Of a DNA stretch of 64,000 nucleotides, positions 30,278 through 39,557 are shown piece by piece. The translations under genes and the position numbers were made by a program. Under the pieces are notes generated by a model, which worked only from the letters and a program-made list of their open reading frames with translations, made no database searches and was not told the origin of the DNA. The DNA comes from Firmicutes bacterium UBA3570 (GTDB taxonomy: Bacteria; Bacillota; Sulfobacillia; UBA3561), in the NCBI GenBank assembly GCA_002376005.1, contig DFNJ01000035.1:20062-84061 (forward strand). Direction: 5' to 3'. Each line of letters opens with the position of its first letter. Position 1 is the first letter of the stretch.

Positions 30278-31050
30278 CGCCAGTCTCCCACCTCGTCGCA
30301 AGGGTAGCCGATGGACACTTCCCCCGATGACAGGGCGACCATGCCCGACCCCGTGTCCACCACCAGTCTCCCTTCGGCATCCACATCTACCGCCCTGCCC
30401 GTCAGGGCGCCAAGGGGAGTATGGGCGCGTATCGTCTGCCCCCACCAGGGACACAACCCCTTCCACCACCTCAGGGCTTCCCCGGGTTCCCGGCGGGCCC
30501 GCAGAAGCCACTGCTCCAGGTGGCGCAGAAGCTGACCCGCCAGCTGATGGGGGTCCCACCACCTGCCCGTCTCCATCTTCAGTGAGGTCGCCCGCCCCCA
30601 GAGCTCGGCGGGGAAATCGTCACGGACCTGGTTCAGGTTTACCCCGATGCCCAGAACCACCCACTGCTTTCCTCCTGGCCGGATCACTTCCCCCAACACG
30701 CCGGCCAGCTTCTTGCCGTTGACCAGGACGTCGTTGGGCCACTTGACCGCAGCCGGGACTCCACGCCTCCTGAGGCACTCGGCGACCGCCGCTCCCGCCA
30801 CCAGCGCCAGGTGCCCGGGATGGCATCCACCGAGGAGGAAGCTGCACGACAGCCACAGGCCCATCCCGCGGGCTGAGTGCCAGCGGCGGCTGCCCCGGCC
30901 CCGTCCTGCCCACTGGTAGTCTGCGGTCACCGTGGCTCCCGGTCCCTCGGGGGCCCGCATCAGTAGCCTTTTTGCCACTTCGTTGGTGGAGTCAACCGCC
31001 GCAAAATGAAGATGCGGCTGGCCATAGAGTCCCTCGATACCCCAAGACAT
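30274..31050 (-). CDS. birA: Biotin--[acetyl-CoA-carboxylase] ligase, catalytic-only type without an HTH
   Basis: ...GQPHLHFAAVDSTN...ADYQWAGRGRGSRRW (GRGRxGRxW biotin-ligase motif). ATG at 31050. Confidence 0.85.
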   Translation of the reverse strand: MSWGIEGLYGQPHLHFAAVDSTNEVAKRLLMRAPEGPGATVTADYQWAGRGRGSRRWHSARGMGLWLSCSFLLGGCHPGHLALVAGAAVAECLRRRGVPAAVKWPNDVLVNGKKLAGVLGEVIRPGGKQWVVLGIGVNLNQVRDDFPAELWGRATSLKMETGRWWDPHQLAGQLLRHLEQWLLRARREPGEALRWWKGLCPWWGQTIRAHTPLGALTGRAVDVDAEGRLVVDTGSGMVALSSGEVSIGYPCDEVGDWR

Positions 31051-31072
31051 ATGGCACCCGGACCGCGCACCT

Positions 31073-31924
31073 TCACCGGCCAGTATCCAGTTGCATCTCC
31101 AGGCTGATATCCACCGCGGGGGCCGAATGGGTGATGTAGCCGGACGAGATGAAGTCCACGCCACAGCGGGCCACCTCCTCCACCGTCTCGACGGTTATCC
31201 CTCCCGACGCCTCCAGGGGAACCCTTCCCTTTGCCCGCCGCACGGCTTCACGGAGTTGGTCCGGCGTCATGTTATCCAGAAGCACCAGGTCCGCCCCGGC
31301 GTGTATGGCCTCCTCCAGCTCCTGCAGGGTTCGGACCTCCACCTGGATGCGATAAACGTGAGGCAGTCTGCCCCGCACCTTCTTCACCGCCGAAGCCACC
31401 GACCCCGCCAGGGCAATGTGGTTGTCCTTGATCAGCACAGCATCATACAGTCCAAAGCGATGGTTTCGGCCTCCCCCCATCCTCACCGCGTACTTTTCCA
31501 GGACCCGCAGGCCGGGAGTGGTCTTGCGGGTATCGAGCACGACCACGCCCCAGGGGTTCGCCCTCTCCACCAGACGCGCGGTGGCGGTGGCTATGCCACA
31601 TAGACGCTGTAGGAAGTTGAGCGCCACCCGTTCTCCACTAAGGAGTGCACGGGCCTGAGCAGTCACCGTGGCCAACACCTGGCCGGAATGGAACCTGCTG
31701 CCTTCAGCCACCAGGACGGTGGCAGAAGCCTCCGGATCCAGCTGCGAGAAAACCTCCAGGGCCACCGGCATTCCCGCCATGACCCCTGAGGCCTTGGCCA
31801 GGAAAGTGCCGCGGGCCCTAATATTTCCTTCAATCAACAGCTCGGTGGTCAGATCGCCGGTGCCCAGGTCTTCTCGCAGGGCCGCGCTGACCAACTGCCG
31901 GTAATGGATGGGTCGCAATTGCAA
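31073..31924 (-). CDS. nadC: Nicotinate-nucleotide pyrophosphorylase (quinolinate phosphoribosyltransferase)
   Basis: Full-length NadC-like (283 aa) with conserved blocks. Confidence 0.9.
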   Translation of the reverse strand: MQLRPIHYRQLVSAALREDLGTGDLTTELLIEGNIRARGTFLAKASGVMAGMPVALEVFSQLDPEASATVLVAEGSRFHSGQVLATVTAQARALLSGERVALNFLQRLCGIATATARLVERANPWGVVVLDTRKTTPGLRVLEKYAVRMGGGRNHRFGLYDAVLIKDNHIALAGSVASAVKKVRGRLPHVYRIQVEVRTLQELEEAIHAGADLVLLDNMTPDQLREAVRRAKGRVPLEASGGITVETVEEVARCGVDFISSGYITHSAPAVDISLEMQLDTGR

Positions 31925-31930
31925 GAGATC

Positions 31931-33547
31931 TCACCCTTCCACCAGCACCGGCTCCCGCAGGGGTGCACATCCCCCTCGGAAGGCCAGATGTACTCGCCAG
32001 TGATGGTCACATTTTTCCGGGTGATCGCTTCGGAAATGCGCCCCCCGGCTCTCCTTGCGCAACAAGGCAGCCCGAACTACCAGCGCTCCCAGCTGAAGCA
32101 GGTTGGCCACTTCCCATTGGTAAGCATTGTCCAGCTGCCCCCCCAGCTGACGTGACAGTGCGGCGATCTCGCGCAGGGCTTCGCGAAGGCCCTCCTCGCA
32201 GCGGACGATGCCTGCACACTCCCACATGATCTGCTGCAGCTGGCGGCGGATCGTCGCTGGATCCCCGGCAGGCCGCCTGTCCGCTCGATGTACCAGGTCC
32301 CAGGGTCCCGGAGACAGTGGTGGTTCCTTCCGGAGGACCGCCGCGATGCGCCGTCCGAAGACCAAGCCCTCCAGCAGGGAGTTCGAGGCCAGCCGGTTGG
32401 CTCCATGCACACCGACGCAGGCCACCTCCCCGCAGGCGTACAGCCGGCGCAGCCCAGTCCGTCCCCAGAGGTCGGTACGGATCCCCCCCATGCAGTAATG
32501 GGCAGCGGGGGAAACCGGGATGAGTTCCTTCTCCGGATCGTAACCCAATTTCCGCAAGGTAGATGTGATGCCTGGAAATCGGCTGGACATGGATCCATGG
32601 CAAAGGGAACGCGCGTCCAGGTACACGCACTGGCTGTGATGCTCGCGCATCTGGTGCACGATGGCCCGCGCAACCACATCCCGGGGAGCCAGGTCAGCCA
32701 GGGGGTGATACCGGGGCATGAACCGCTCTCCCCGCGAATTGCGCAGGATGGCCCCCTCCCCCCGGACTGCTTCGGATATCAGAAAGCGGGGGCTGGCACT
32801 GTGCCACAGCACAGTGGGATGGAACTGCACAAACTCCAAATCCCTCAGGGTCGCTCCCGCGCGGTAGGCGGCTGCCATCCCATCGCCGGTGGCCACCAGC
32901 GGATTGGTGGTATGCATATATAGCTGACCGGCGCCGCCGGTGGCCAGGACGGTGGCTCGGGCCAACACCGCTTGAAGCTTCCCATCCGCATCCCTCACCA
33001 GCACCCCCAGGCACTCTCGGTCATGGGTCAAGACATCGATCATGAAAGTGTGTTCCAGGATCTCGATTCCTGGTATCTGGGTAACGTGATTGCTCAAGGC
33101 GCGCCGTATCTCGTCACCGGTGGCGTCTCCCCGGGCATGCAGCACCCTGGGTGCGCGGTGAGCTCCTTCCCGGGTGAGGGCAAGATGACCGTCCACATGA
33201 TCGAACTCGGTCCCCAGGGCCACCAGCTCCATCACGCAATCAGGACCTTCGTTCACCATAACCTGGACCGCGGGAACGTCGGAGAGACCGTCACCCGCCT
33301 CCAGAGTGTCCCGCATGTGCAGGGCGGGGGAGTCCTCCTCTCCCACCGCCGCCGCGATTCCGCCTTGCGCATATTCGGTGCTGGACTCCTCCAAGGGGCC
33401 TTTGGTAATGAGGATGACGCGGCCATGGGGCGCCGCTTTGAGGGCGGTGTACAAACCGGCAATGCCCGTCCCCACGATCACGTAATCTGCCACCCGGCGG
33501 GGCAGCGAGGACAAACTGAAATCCACCAAGTAACGGGACGGCAGCAT
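31931..33547 (-). CDS. nadB: L-aspartate oxidase
   Basis: FAD-binding DYVIVGTGIAGL N-terminus, 538 aa. Succinate-DH/fumarate-reductase flavoprotein fold. Confidence 0.9.
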   Translation of the reverse strand: MLPSRYLVDFSLSSLPRRVADYVIVGTGIAGLYTALKAAPHGRVILITKGPLEESSTEYAQGGIAAAVGEEDSPALHMRDTLEAGDGLSDVPAVQVMVNEGPDCVMELVALGTEFDHVDGHLALTREGAHRAPRVLHARGDATGDEIRRALSNHVTQIPGIEILEHTFMIDVLTHDRECLGVLVRDADGKLQAVLARATVLATGGAGQLYMHTTNPLVATGDGMAAAYRAGATLRDLEFVQFHPTVLWHSASPRFLISEAVRGEGAILRNSRGERFMPRYHPLADLAPRDVVARAIVHQMREHHSQCVYLDARSLCHGSMSSRFPGITSTLRKLGYDPEKELIPVSPAAHYCMGGIRTDLWGRTGLRRLYACGEVACVGVHGANRLASNSLLEGLVFGRRIAAVLRKEPPLSPGPWDLVHRADRRPAGDPATIRRQLQQIMWECAGIVRCEEGLREALREIAALSRQLGGQLDNAYQWEVANLLQLGALVVRAALLRKESRGAHFRSDHPEKCDHHWRVHLAFRGGCAPLREPVLVEG

Positions 33548-33563
33548 ATGCCTTCGGCGGCGC

Positions 33564-34487
33564 TCAGGATCGCTCCAGCATTGCTTCCAGCGCCCGTAGC
33601 GCTCTTTGCCGCACCTCCTCAGGCACTCTGATCTGGGGAGTCAAATCGCGCAAGCTCCGCAGCACCTTCTCGAGACTGATCCGCTTCATGTTAGGACACA
33701 CCATTGCCGGGCTGGCCAAATAAAATTGCTTACCCGGGTTCTGTTTGTACAGCTGGTACAGTATCCCTTCCTCCGTCCCCACGATGAATTCTCGCGCCTT
33801 GCTCTGCCGAGCCCGGCGCAGGATCGCCGAGGTGCTGCCCACGAAGTCGGCCATCTCAATCACTTCCGGCCGGCACTCCGGATGAACCAGTACCTCCGCC
33901 CGCGGATACTCAGCCATGGTGCGTCTCAGCTCCTCAGGCGTGAGGCGGTCGTGGGTCGGGCAGTAACCGTCCCATGGCACTACTCGGCCACGGGTGAAAC
34001 GGGAAACATAATGGGCCAAATTCCGGTCGGGGACGAACAGGATCTCCACGTCGCCTAGACTCTCTACGATTCTCACCGCGTTGGCCGAGGTACAGCAGAT
34101 GTCGCTCTCAGCCTTCACCTCCGCCGAGCTGTTGACATAACACACGACCACCGCACCCGGCATCTCCCTGCGTTTGTCGCGCAGTGCCGAGACAGTTACC
34201 ATATCGGCCATGGGACAGCCCGCCGCCGGCTCAGGGAGCAATACCACCTTTTCCGGAGAGAGAATAGCCGCAGTCTCGGCCATGAAATGAACGCCGCAGA
34301 ACACGATCACATCGGCGTCGGTTCCCGCCGCCTGCTGACTGAGTCCCAGCGAGTCGCCCACGTAATCGGCAAGCTCCTGGATTTCCGGGGGCTGATACAC
34401 ATGAGCCAGAATCACGGCGTTTCGCCGCTCTTTCCACCGCAAGATCTCGTCTCTGAGCTGCTCAAATCCCGCTGGCTCGGTGGACAT
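33564..34487 (-). CDS. nadA: Quinolinate synthase A
   Basis: ILAHVYQ...CGVHFMAETA blocks of NadA. ATG at 34487. The track ORF is extended 28 codons upstream. Confidence 0.9.
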   Translation of the reverse strand: MSTEPAGFEQLRDEILRWKERRNAVILAHVYQPPEIQELADYVGDSLGLSQQAAGTDADVIVFCGVHFMAETAAILSPEKVVLLPEPAAGCPMADMVTVSALRDKRREMPGAVVVCYVNSSAEVKAESDICCTSANAVRIVESLGDVEILFVPDRNLAHYVSRFTRGRVVPWDGYCPTHDRLTPEELRRTMAEYPRAEVLVHPECRPEVIEMADFVGSTSAILRRARQSKAREFIVGTEEGILYQLYKQNPGKQFYLASPAMVCPNMKRISLEKVLRSLRDLTPQIRVPEEVRQRALRALEAMLERS

Positions 34488-34876
34488 CCGGGATTCGCCT
34501 CCACGGCAGATGAGCGAGTATGGCGGCCGGCCCGGCCGCTGAAAGTCCGCCTCAATTGTAGCAACCGGCAAATTGGAGTGTCAAGGAAAGGGGGCTCCCG
34601 GCCGCTTGGCCAAGGGCGGGTACCCGCCTCCCCCCAGAGCCTGGCCGAAGCAGGAAGGTCTTTCACCGCACCCCTAGGTGTCAGCAAGCGCTGAGAAACA
34701 AAGATCACGACCCTGCATGCTGACAGGCTTCGTAGCGCAGGTACGGGAGGTGGCGAATTGCCAGGAAAAGGTCCGTGATTCTGGTGCACAAAGCGCCAGG
34801 CAATGCGACCGATGTTGATCTCCAGCCCAGGGGGTCGCCAGGATCCACACGCATCCTGCTGAGACAAACTGCCTAC

Positions 34877-34908
34877 GCAAAGAAGGAAGGGCCCCTGGTC
34901 CGGGGCCC
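34877..34908 (-). terminator. Intrinsic terminator downstream of lipoprotein paralog A
   Basis: On the minus strand, a GGGCCCCGGACCAGGGGCCC hairpin is followed by UUCCUUCUUUGCG. Confidence 0.5.
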
Positions 34909-34938
34909 ACGCCAGCTAATCCTTGGAAGGGACTTTCC

Positions 34939-35643
34939 TCAGGGCGCCCTGCGACGGACCCTGATCCCCGGTTGGTTCTCCAGGACTTGCCCCTCGGCAT
35001 TCAGTGCCCTCACCGCTGTTACCAGCAGAGGTTGGTCAGTAGGGCTCGGCTCGTCCTCGAGAAAGATGATGACCGCTGACCTTCCCTCGGTCTCCTTCCG
35101 GATGGCCCTTCCGCGAAACAACACCTCCACGGTGTGCACGTGCCGCGCTACGTAGGCCACAAGTATGGCAGGACCGTCGTCACCCACGCGAGCCAGACCC
35201 CACTCCAACACTTCTCCCGCGTCAAGAACAGGGACGCCTCCGAAAAGATCTACCGCAAGCCGGCCGTCAGGCTGTTCCTCCAGCTCCATGCCGTAGTACA
35301 TCTTGGGTCCCCGTGCCACTATCAGGTGATACTGCTTCCACCTCTCCCAAGCTACCACGCGGTCCACTGGGCCAGGGTCATAGCCGCGGTCCAGCATTCC
35401 TCGCCGCACTGCCTCGGTCTCCTTCTTGACTGTTTGCCACAGCTTCTCGGGAAACGACCCCACGCGGTCCGGGCGGCTGCAGGCACCCACCATGGTTACC
35501 AGTAGGATGGCTCCCAGAACCCGGACGGCCACACCACGGGAACTAGACCCAGGGTACCATGCGAAGCTGCCGGGCGATGGCTGAATCACCGGTTTCGCAC
35601 TTCCCTCAGACACCTCCAAGTTGCGGCTTTTGGCATCTTGCAC
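34939..35643 (-). CDS. Hypothetical lipoprotein, tandem paralog A
   Basis: Signal peptide with a lipobox (..LLVTMVGAC SRPDR). About 70% identical to the next gene. No family recognised. Confidence 0.5.
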   Translation of the reverse strand: MQDAKSRNLEVSEGSAKPVIQPSPGSFAWYPGSSSRGVAVRVLGAILLVTMVGACSRPDRVGSFPEKLWQTVKKETEAVRRGMLDRGYDPGPVDRVVAWERWKQYHLIVARGPKMYYGMELEEQPDGRLAVDLFGGVPVLDAGEVLEWGLARVGDDGPAILVAYVARHVHTVEVLFRGRAIRKETEGRSAVIIFLEDEPSPTDQPLLVTAVRALNAEGQVLENQPGIRVRRRAP

Positions 35644-35843
35644 AAGCTCAGCTTCCGGCTTCGCTAGCGCCTAAACAATCTCTCCCCAGTTGTCTGATGA
35701 AATCCCACACTATGAGCGCGAGAATGCTTGTACCCCAGGTCAATTCCCATAGATCCCGCCTCACTGAGACAAGCTGTCCAACGTAAACCAGTAAGTGCCC
35801 CCCGCGGGACCCCACGCGGCCAGTCGTTGCAAGAGGAGTTTCC

Positions 35844-36524
35844 TCAGGGCGCTCTGCGTAGGACTCCCCGTTGCTTCTCCAGGAGTTCGCCCTTGGCGTT
35901 CAGTGCCCTTACCTCGGTTACCACCAGAGGTTCATCAGGAGGGCTGGGCTCGTCTTCGAGAAAGATGATAACCGCTGACCTTCCTGCCGTCTCCTTCCGG
36001 ATGGTCCTTCCACGAAACAGCACCTCGACGGTGTGCACGTGTCGCGCCACGTAAGCCACAACAATGGCCGGACCATTCCCTCCCAGGCGCCCCACGCTCC
36101 AACTTATTATGTCACCCGGGCCAAGGGGCCACGTCCCGCCGCGTGTCCCGGTCACCCTCACAGTACCATCAGGCTGTTCCTCCAACCGCAGGACAAAGCG
36201 CACGTTCCGTCCGCGTGCCACCACCAGGTGGTATTGCTTCCACTTCGCCCAGGCCACCACTCGATCCACCGGTCCCAAATCGAACTTCTCCCCGAACTTC
36301 TCGCGCCATCGCTGGCGGCGCTCCTCGTGCTCCCTTTTGACTATCTCCCACAGCTCCTCGGGAAACGACTCCACGCGGTCGGGACGACTACACGCACCTA
36401 CCGTGACCAACAGGAGGATGACTCCCAGAACCCAAACGACGCGAAGGCAGCGACAACGGGGGAACCACGGGTAGCTGCCAGGGCAACGTGAGGTCACCGC
36501 TTCCTCACTCCCAGGCACTTCCAC
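35844..36524 (-). CDS. Hypothetical lipoprotein, tandem paralog B
   Basis: Same lipobox context (LLLVTVGAC SRPDR). Shares a conserved C-terminal half (VVAYVARHVHTVEVLFRG..IRKET.GRSAVIIFLEDEPSP) with paralog A. The flanking non-coding DNA is also duplicated. Confidence 0.5.
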   Translation of the reverse strand: MEVPGSEEAVTSRCPGSYPWFPRCRCLRVVWVLGVILLLVTVGACSRPDRVESFPEELWEIVKREHEERRQRWREKFGEKFDLGPVDRVVAWAKWKQYHLVVARGRNVRFVLRLEEQPDGTVRVTGTRGGTWPLGPGDIISWSVGRLGGNGPAIVVAYVARHVHTVEVLFRGRTIRKETAGRSAVIIFLEDEPSPPDEPLVVTEVRALNAKGELLEKQRGVLRRAP

Positions 36525-36955
36525 GTTCCGGCTTTCGTCTGCTCATACAGGATCAACCACTTTTCTCCGTTGGCCTTGTCAATGAAAACGGCCATCTTTC
36601 CATCCTTCACGAAAACACAGGGCTTGCGGTCGCCAGGATCCATCCACCCCATCAACATCTGCGCCAAATACTCATCCATACTGCTGAACCGTTCGCCTTT
36701 GCGCCACTTCTCCCAAAAGGGATAGTAAGCCCAGCCCTTCAGCTCATCGGGAAAAGCCTTCCGGGCAGCCTGGGCCACCTCGGCTTCCTGCTTCGCCAGC
36801 TCCTCGGCAATCTCTGCCTGGTCGGCCGGATTGTCCCACTCCCGCACCCGATCCGCAGGAAGGCCTAACGTGCCGATGGAATCCCACGCCATCAAGCCCA
36901 CGAACACCACCAGCACCACCGCGAATTGCACTGCTTTCCTCAACACGACCCGCAC
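36494..36955 (-). CDS. Hypothetical membrane-anchored protein (153 aa)
   Basis: N-terminal TM helix (AVQFAVVLVVFVGLMAW) followed by a Trp/Lys-rich soluble domain. Overlaps the start of paralog B by about 30 nt. Confidence 0.4.
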   Translation of the reverse strand: MRVVLRKAVQFAVVLVVFVGLMAWDSIGTLGLPADRVREWDNPADQAEIAEELAKQEAEVAQAARKAFPDELKGWAYYPFWEKWRKGERFSSMDEYLAQMLMGWMDPGDRKPCVFVKDGKMAVFIDKANGEKWLILYEQTKAGTWKCLGVRKR

Positions 36956-36979
36956 CTCTTTTCACACCGCACAGGACGC

Positions 36980-37198
36980 TCACTCAGCGGTGACGCGGAC
37001 GCCGTGATAGGTATTGCAACGTAGACGCTCCGGCCACCCCGGATTGCCCACCCACCAAACCAGGGCATTGTGGTAGCCGTAGGCTTCGTACAGTCCGGGG
37101 AATTCATCCTCGGGGTACACCTCGCGCGCATCCTCACTAACCAACCATCCACCCTGAATAGTGTGCGTGCCCCATCCGTCATCCTCTTTGCTCAGCAC
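36980..37198 (-). CDS. Small hypothetical ORF (72 aa), possibly the 3' half of a frameshifted gene
   Basis: GTG start with no SD. Lies 46 nt downstream of the 73-aa secreted ORF, in a frame 1 nt out of phase with it. A T6 run sits in the gap. Confidence 0.25.
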   Translation of the reverse strand: MLSKEDDGWGTHTIQGGWLVSEDAREVYPEDEFPGLYEAYGYHNALVWWVGNPGWPERLRCNTYHGVRVTAE

Positions 37199-37244
37199 CC
37201 GTCCGCGTGCAAAAAAGTACCAGGTAAAGACTCAATTCCTGTAC

Positions 37245-37466
37245 TTATGCCACCGGGTGGTCATCAATGCCCCCCGTATGCGACTTGGAATACCAATCCA
37301 CTTGAAGCCGATCCAGAAAAACATTCACGTTGCTGTATCCCCACAAGATCTCGTCGTTGTTCTCTTTAGGGGGTTTATCCCCAGCTAGTACAGGCTGCAG
37401 TGCAACAGCAGTGTACAATATGCATAGCACTGACGAGAGCAATGCCCAGTACGTTTTACATTTCAC
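37245..37466 (-). CDS. Small secreted hypothetical protein (73 aa)
   Basis: GTG at 37466 with an AGGAGGGAGG RBS 8 nt upstream. Cleavable signal peptide (MKCKTYWALLSSVLCILYTAVALQPVLA). Directly downstream of a near-consensus promoter. Confidence 0.35.
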   Translation of the reverse strand: MKCKTYWALLSSVLCILYTAVALQPVLAGDKPPKENNDEILWGYSNVNVFLDRLQVDWYSKSHTGGIDDHPVA

Positions 37467-37504
37467 CAGGGCATCCTCCCTCCTAATAGATAGAATATTG
37501 CACT

Positions 37505-37540
37505 ATCATTATAGCAGCTCAGGCTATAGAATCAATATCC
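37505..37540 (-). promoter_or_regulatory. Sigma-70/sigma-A type promoter for the small-protein/lipoprotein operon
   Basis: Minus strand reads TTGATT-16 nt-TATAAT, about 45 nt upstream of the AGGAGG RBS and GTG at 37466. It lies in the lowest-GC stretch of the window. Confidence 0.6.
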
Positions 37541-37900
37541 TGTTTAATCCAACTGCCGCCACAGGACGTGGGCAAGTGGCGCGTTGGGACCCGGACTCTC
37601 CTGCGTAAGCTCAGGCAATCGGCGCCAGCCGCACCCTGCCATCAAGCAGAGCAGGCATCTACGCCCGGACTGTTGCTGCCAGATCGTTGCGTACTCTTGT
37701 CTTGTCCGTTTCACCCTCTTGCGGCCCTCTCGACGGAGTGCCCGATCGGTTGCATTGCGATTTGCGCGTGCTGCGAGATCCTTCGCGTCAAGTAATACCG
37801 GACACGTCCCGGCCCTGGGATCGGAGCTACCAAAGGGACTTTGTAACGAGCGGCTGCACTGCCCAGATCATCGAGTTCGCCCCCACAGGCGAGACTCCAT

Positions 37901-37940
37901 CCCAAGAAAGAAGAGATCGAGGGACAGTTCCCTCGATCTC
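37901..37940 (-). terminator. Intrinsic terminator of the leu-ilv operon
   Basis: On the minus strand, a perfect 12-bp stem GAGATCGAGGGA-CUGU-UCCCUCGAUCUC is followed by UUCUUUCUUGGG, about 110 nt after the ilvC stop. Confidence 0.7.
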
Positions 37941-38047
37941 CAACCACCAGTGAGTGAAAGCTGCCGGCGGTCATTATCGGGGAGCCTGCGGCTTTCCGCC
38001 CACCGCCAGCCTTGCCCACAGTGCTGAGCAAAACAGGCACATGTGGC

Positions 38048-39073
38048 TCAGTTGTCGGCTCGATCCATCCCCCTCAGCCAGGGCATCATTCCGCGGAGCC
38101 TCTCCCCCACCTGCTCAATCGGATGGTCAGCTTCCCGAGCCATCAGACTGGAAAGCACAGGCTGCCCAGCCTGACTCTCCAGGATCCATTCCCGGGCGAA
38201 CTCGCCGGACTGGATGCGCTCCAGGGCCTCCCGCATCGCCTGCTTCACCTGAGGGCCCACGATGCGCGGACCCACGGTGAGGTCACCGTACCTAGCGATC
38301 TCTGAGACGGCCCGGCGCATATGTGCGAGTCCTCCCTCGTAAATGAGGTCCACGATGAGCTTCAGTTCGTTCAGGCACTCGAAGTAGGCGATCTCAGGCT
38401 GGTAGCCCGCCTCCACCAAAGTCTCGAACCCGGCCTTGATAAGGGCAGTGAGTCCACCGCACAATACCGCCTGCTCGCCCAGGAGGTCGGTCTCAGTCTC
38501 CTCCCGGAAGGTGGTCTCGATCACCCCAGCCCGGGTGCACCCAATGGCGTGGGCGTAGGCCAGAGCGAGCTGGTGGGCGGAGCCAGTGGCATCAGCATGC
38601 ACCGCTAACAAGGCCGGAACCCCCATCCCCTCCTGGTAGAGGCGACGCAACAACGCCCCAGGTGCTTTGGGAGCGACCAAGAAGACATCCACACCGGGAG
38701 GCGGTACCACCTGCCGGTACAGGATGCTGAATCCATGGGCAAACCCCAGGGCCTTGCCTGGTGTCAAGTGCGGCCGCACCTGCTCCTCATACACCCGGCG
38801 GTGCTGATTATCGGGAAGCAGGAACATGATCACCTGAGCCGAAGCCGCCGCCTCGGCGGGGGACATCACCTGGAAGCCGTCAGCCGCGGCCCGCTCCCAG
38901 GAACGTCCGGGCCGCAACCCCACCACGACGTCCAGCCCTGCATCCCTCAGGTTTTGCGCCTGCGCACTGCCCTGGCTTCCGTATCCCAGCACGGCCACCC
39001 GCAAGCCTTGCAGCCGCTCAGGCTCAGCATCACGTTCGTACAGCACCCTGGCCAATGCAGATACCTCCTTCAT
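38048..39073 (-). CDS. ilvC: Ketol-acid reductoisomerase
   Basis: [10 protein letters not shown] Rossmann motif, 341 aa, class I KARI. Confidence 0.9.
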   Translation of the reverse strand: MKEVSALARVLYERDAEPERLQGLRVAVLGYGSQGSAQAQNLRDAGLDVVVGLRPGRSWERAAADGFQVMSPAEAAASAQVIMFLLPDNQHRRVYEEQVRPHLTPGKALGFAHGFSILYRQVVPPPGVDVFLVAPKAPGALLRRLYQEGMGVPALLAVHADATGSAHQLALAYAHAIGCTRAGVIETTFREETETDLLGEQAVLCGGLTALIKAGFETLVEAGYQPEIAYFECLNELKLIVDLIYEGGLAHMRRAVSEIARYGDLTVGPRIVGPQVKQAMREALERIQSGEFAREWILESQAGQPVLSSLMAREADHPIEQVGERLRGMMPWLRGMDRADN

Positions 39074-39557
39074 TTACCACTTGTCGACCACGGGCTATGG
39101 CAATCTCGCCGGTGCGAACCAGCTCTTGAATGCCGAACTCGCCAAGCAGGTCCAGCAGCGCCGAGATCTTGTCCCGATCCCCGGTAATTTCAACCACCAA
39201 ACTACCCGGCGCCACGTCCACGATCTTCCCCTTGAACACGTTGACCACCTGAATGATGGAAGTACGCTGGGTTCCGGCAGCGTTGACCCGAACCAGGGCC
39301 AGCTCCCGGCAGATGGCACCCGATTCCTCCAGGACGGATACCCTGACCACATTGATGAGGCGGTCGAGATGTTTCTGCACCTGTTGCAGGACTCCCTCGT
39401 CACCATCCACCACGATGGTCATGCACGAGAACGAGGGATCCTGGGTGGCACCCACCGCCAGACTCTCGATGTTGAACCTGCGGCGCGCGAAAAGGCCCGC
39501 CACCCGGGCCAGCACTCCAGGCTGGTTCTCCACCAGGACCGAAAAGATGCGTCTCAC
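39030..39557 (-). CDS. ilvN: Acetolactate synthase small (regulatory) subunit
   Basis: ACT-domain start ([23 protein letters not shown]). GTG at 39557 overlaps the ilvB stop. Confidence 0.85.
   Translation of the reverse strand: MRRIFSVLVENQPGVLARVAGLFARRRFNIESLAVGATQDPSFSCMTIVVDGDEGVLQQVQKHLDRLINVVRVSVLEESGAICRELALVRVNAAGTQRTSIIQVVNVFKGKIVDVAPGSLVVEITGDRDKISALLDLLGEFGIQELVRTGEIAIARGRQVVNEGGICIGQGAVRT

Noticed and set aside
37560-37900. 109-aa minus ORF 37711..38040 and 147-aa plus ORF 37584..38027, between the island promoter and the ilv terminator
   Set aside because: The minus ORF would run through the strong ilv-operon terminator hairpin. Both translations are low-complexity, so the region is treated as intergenic.
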